A DNA stretch of 64,000 nt from Amphiscolops sp. MND2022 (lineage: Eukaryota): contig OZ076409.1 of assembly GCA_964187785.1 (NCBI GenBank), positions 90,956,001-91,020,000 on the forward strand. Reading direction: 5' to 3'. Shown in pieces: positions 62,244 to 64,000 of this stretch. Position numbers and translations under genes: made by a program. How positions within the stretch are numbered: position 1 is the stretch's first letter; every line of letters begins with the position of its first letter. The notes below the pieces were generated by a model. It searched no databases, was not told where the DNA came from, and saw nothing but the letters and a program-made list of their open reading frames with translations.

Positions 62244-64000
62244 TATTATTATTATTATTAAAAGACTCAATTCACAATTAAGGAATTACAATAGTAATGA
62301 TTATGAATGATTATGAACGGCAAGTCTTACAAAAACATTTTATATAGAACGAGCAAGAGTTATTCAAGCTAAAAGACTGCAATTTATTTTCAAAGTAGGC
62401 ATCGAGACGCTTAACAAAAAGGCAATAAGGCATTTCAAAGTTGATAACACCTAATCTAATAAGTTCATTAGAAGCGCGTTTTGAACGAGGGAAGAAGCCA
62501 TCGTTCGTTTTGAATTTATGGTTATGTTTGAGTTCAAATAGTTTTAGAGTGCCAGATCGTGTACAGCTGGATTTGTAGGTGAAATCATGCGGAATAATCA
62601 CTCTCTTGTTGATGATTTTCCATAGTAGTAAAATGTCGATTCGTTGTACCTGGAAACAAATTGGCAACAGCTTTAGTGATACAAGAGAGGATACATAATC
62701 ATTTGAACGAAACACCCATTTCACAGCTCTACTGTTAAATTTTTCCAATTTTCTAAGGCCTTCAATAGAAGCACACCAACATGGTGAAGCATATAGTAGA
62801 ATAGAAATTATGCAGGACTGATATAATTGCTTTTTGCGTTGAATTGATATCCCAAAAGGTAAGTTTCGTCTAAGAAAGTTGAGAACACGAGTGCATTTTG
62901 CAATTTGGCAATCAATATGAAGACCCCAGTTTAAATTTTTATCTATGGTAAGGCCGAGATCAACCACATTTTGAGCTTCTTTAAGGGGAGTTCCTTGCAA
63001 TACGAGATTGTATTTTCCCGAGTTAAATGGTAAATAGAGACATTTCGTTGGATGGAAATGCTGACCATTAACTTCGGACCATGATGATAGGCTGTTAATA
63101 TCGCATTGAATGAATTCGGAGATGGATAATGAAAACAATTTGAAATCATCGCAAAACATAAAGTAATGACTATAATTTACTTCATCGGGAAGGTCATTAA
63201 CAAAAATAACGAAAAACAGAGGGCCCAGTACGCTACCTTGAGGAACCCCAGAAGTCACATCAATTACATCAGAGAGCATACCATTGACCTTTACACATTG
63301 CTTCCGATTTGTGAGATAGGATGTGATAAGTTCAATAAATGCGTTATCAAAGCCAAATAATTGCAGTTTATAAATAAGAACATGGTGAGGAACAGTATCA
63401 AAGGCCTTTTTAACGTCAAAATAGACGCTAACAGATGGGGTATTGTTATCAATTGATTTGTAGACATGGTCTAAATAAGAAACAAGTTGGCTAACAGTAT
63501 TTCTATGCTTCATGAAGCCATATTGCTGAGCTTTGATGAAATGACACACCCGAGGATAAATAAAATCAAATAGAAGTCTTTCACAAACTAAGGACAGTTT
63601 TGGCAAATTGCTAATAGGACGATAATTCGTGACATCATTAGTGGAACCACTCTTGTGGAGAGGGGTAACAAAAGCAATTTTCCAGCAGTCAGGCCATTTT
63701 CTACTTGAAAAAATATAATGAAATAATTCTATAACAGCTGGTGCAAGTAAATTGAAGCAATTGTTCAGGACGAAGGATGGTAATTCGTCGCAACCTATTG
63801 AGCTACTGTCCGGACATTTGCGAAGCAGGGCTTCTACATTAGCTAAAGAAAAATTTACGTCATTAAGGCAAAGTGATTGGGTGCCTAATTGGTTTTGAGC
63901 ATACAGTGATTTAGGGCTAAATGTAGACCCGAAAAATTTGTTGAATAAGTTGGCTTTTTCGTAGTCTGTAGAGGCTGAAACATCTTTGAATTTCATAATT
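62244..64000 (-). mobile_element. Non-LTR retrotransposon (CR1/L2 group) 3' part with uninterrupted RT ORF 62311-63996; continues beyond the window
   Basis: NYRPIS, DVKKAFDTV, GVPQGSVLGP, FCDD and a Cys-rich C-terminus (CSFYIKCFCKTC); short 3' UTR ending in (TAA)n at 62244-62259. Confidence 0.93.

Overview
AT-rich, repeat-dense genomic DNA from an animal, probably an invertebrate; the species cannot be identified from the sequence. Three spliced protein-coding genes can be reconstructed with phase-consistent GT-AG introns: the 3' part of a ClC-2-type chloride channel (+, four exons, 4407-19650), a two-exon SPMIP1/ATP6V1FNB-like gene (-, 23695-21710) and a three-exon FGFR-like receptor tyrosine kinase (-, 33876-24230). 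The rest is mostly transposable elements: a young full-length Ty3/Gypsy element (36202-42146), a probable solo LTR, Gypsy and LINE remnants, hAT, piggyBac, pogo-like and Foldback/Mutator-like MITEs, and many non-autonomous Helentron-like (HINE/DINE-1 architecture) elements. Main finding: the last ClC intron (18830-19318) is exactly one 481-bp hAT-like MITE plus one copy of its 8-bp target-site duplication CTTCAGGT. The duplicated CAG|GT supplies both splice sites, which is the introner route to intron gain. Also notable: Helentron-like elements carrying tRNA-like Pol III cassettes, a 158-bp perfect duplication flanking the Gypsy element, and a perfect 175-bp palindrome centred next to a minimal hammerhead-like core. 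All calls were made by eye; no searches were run.
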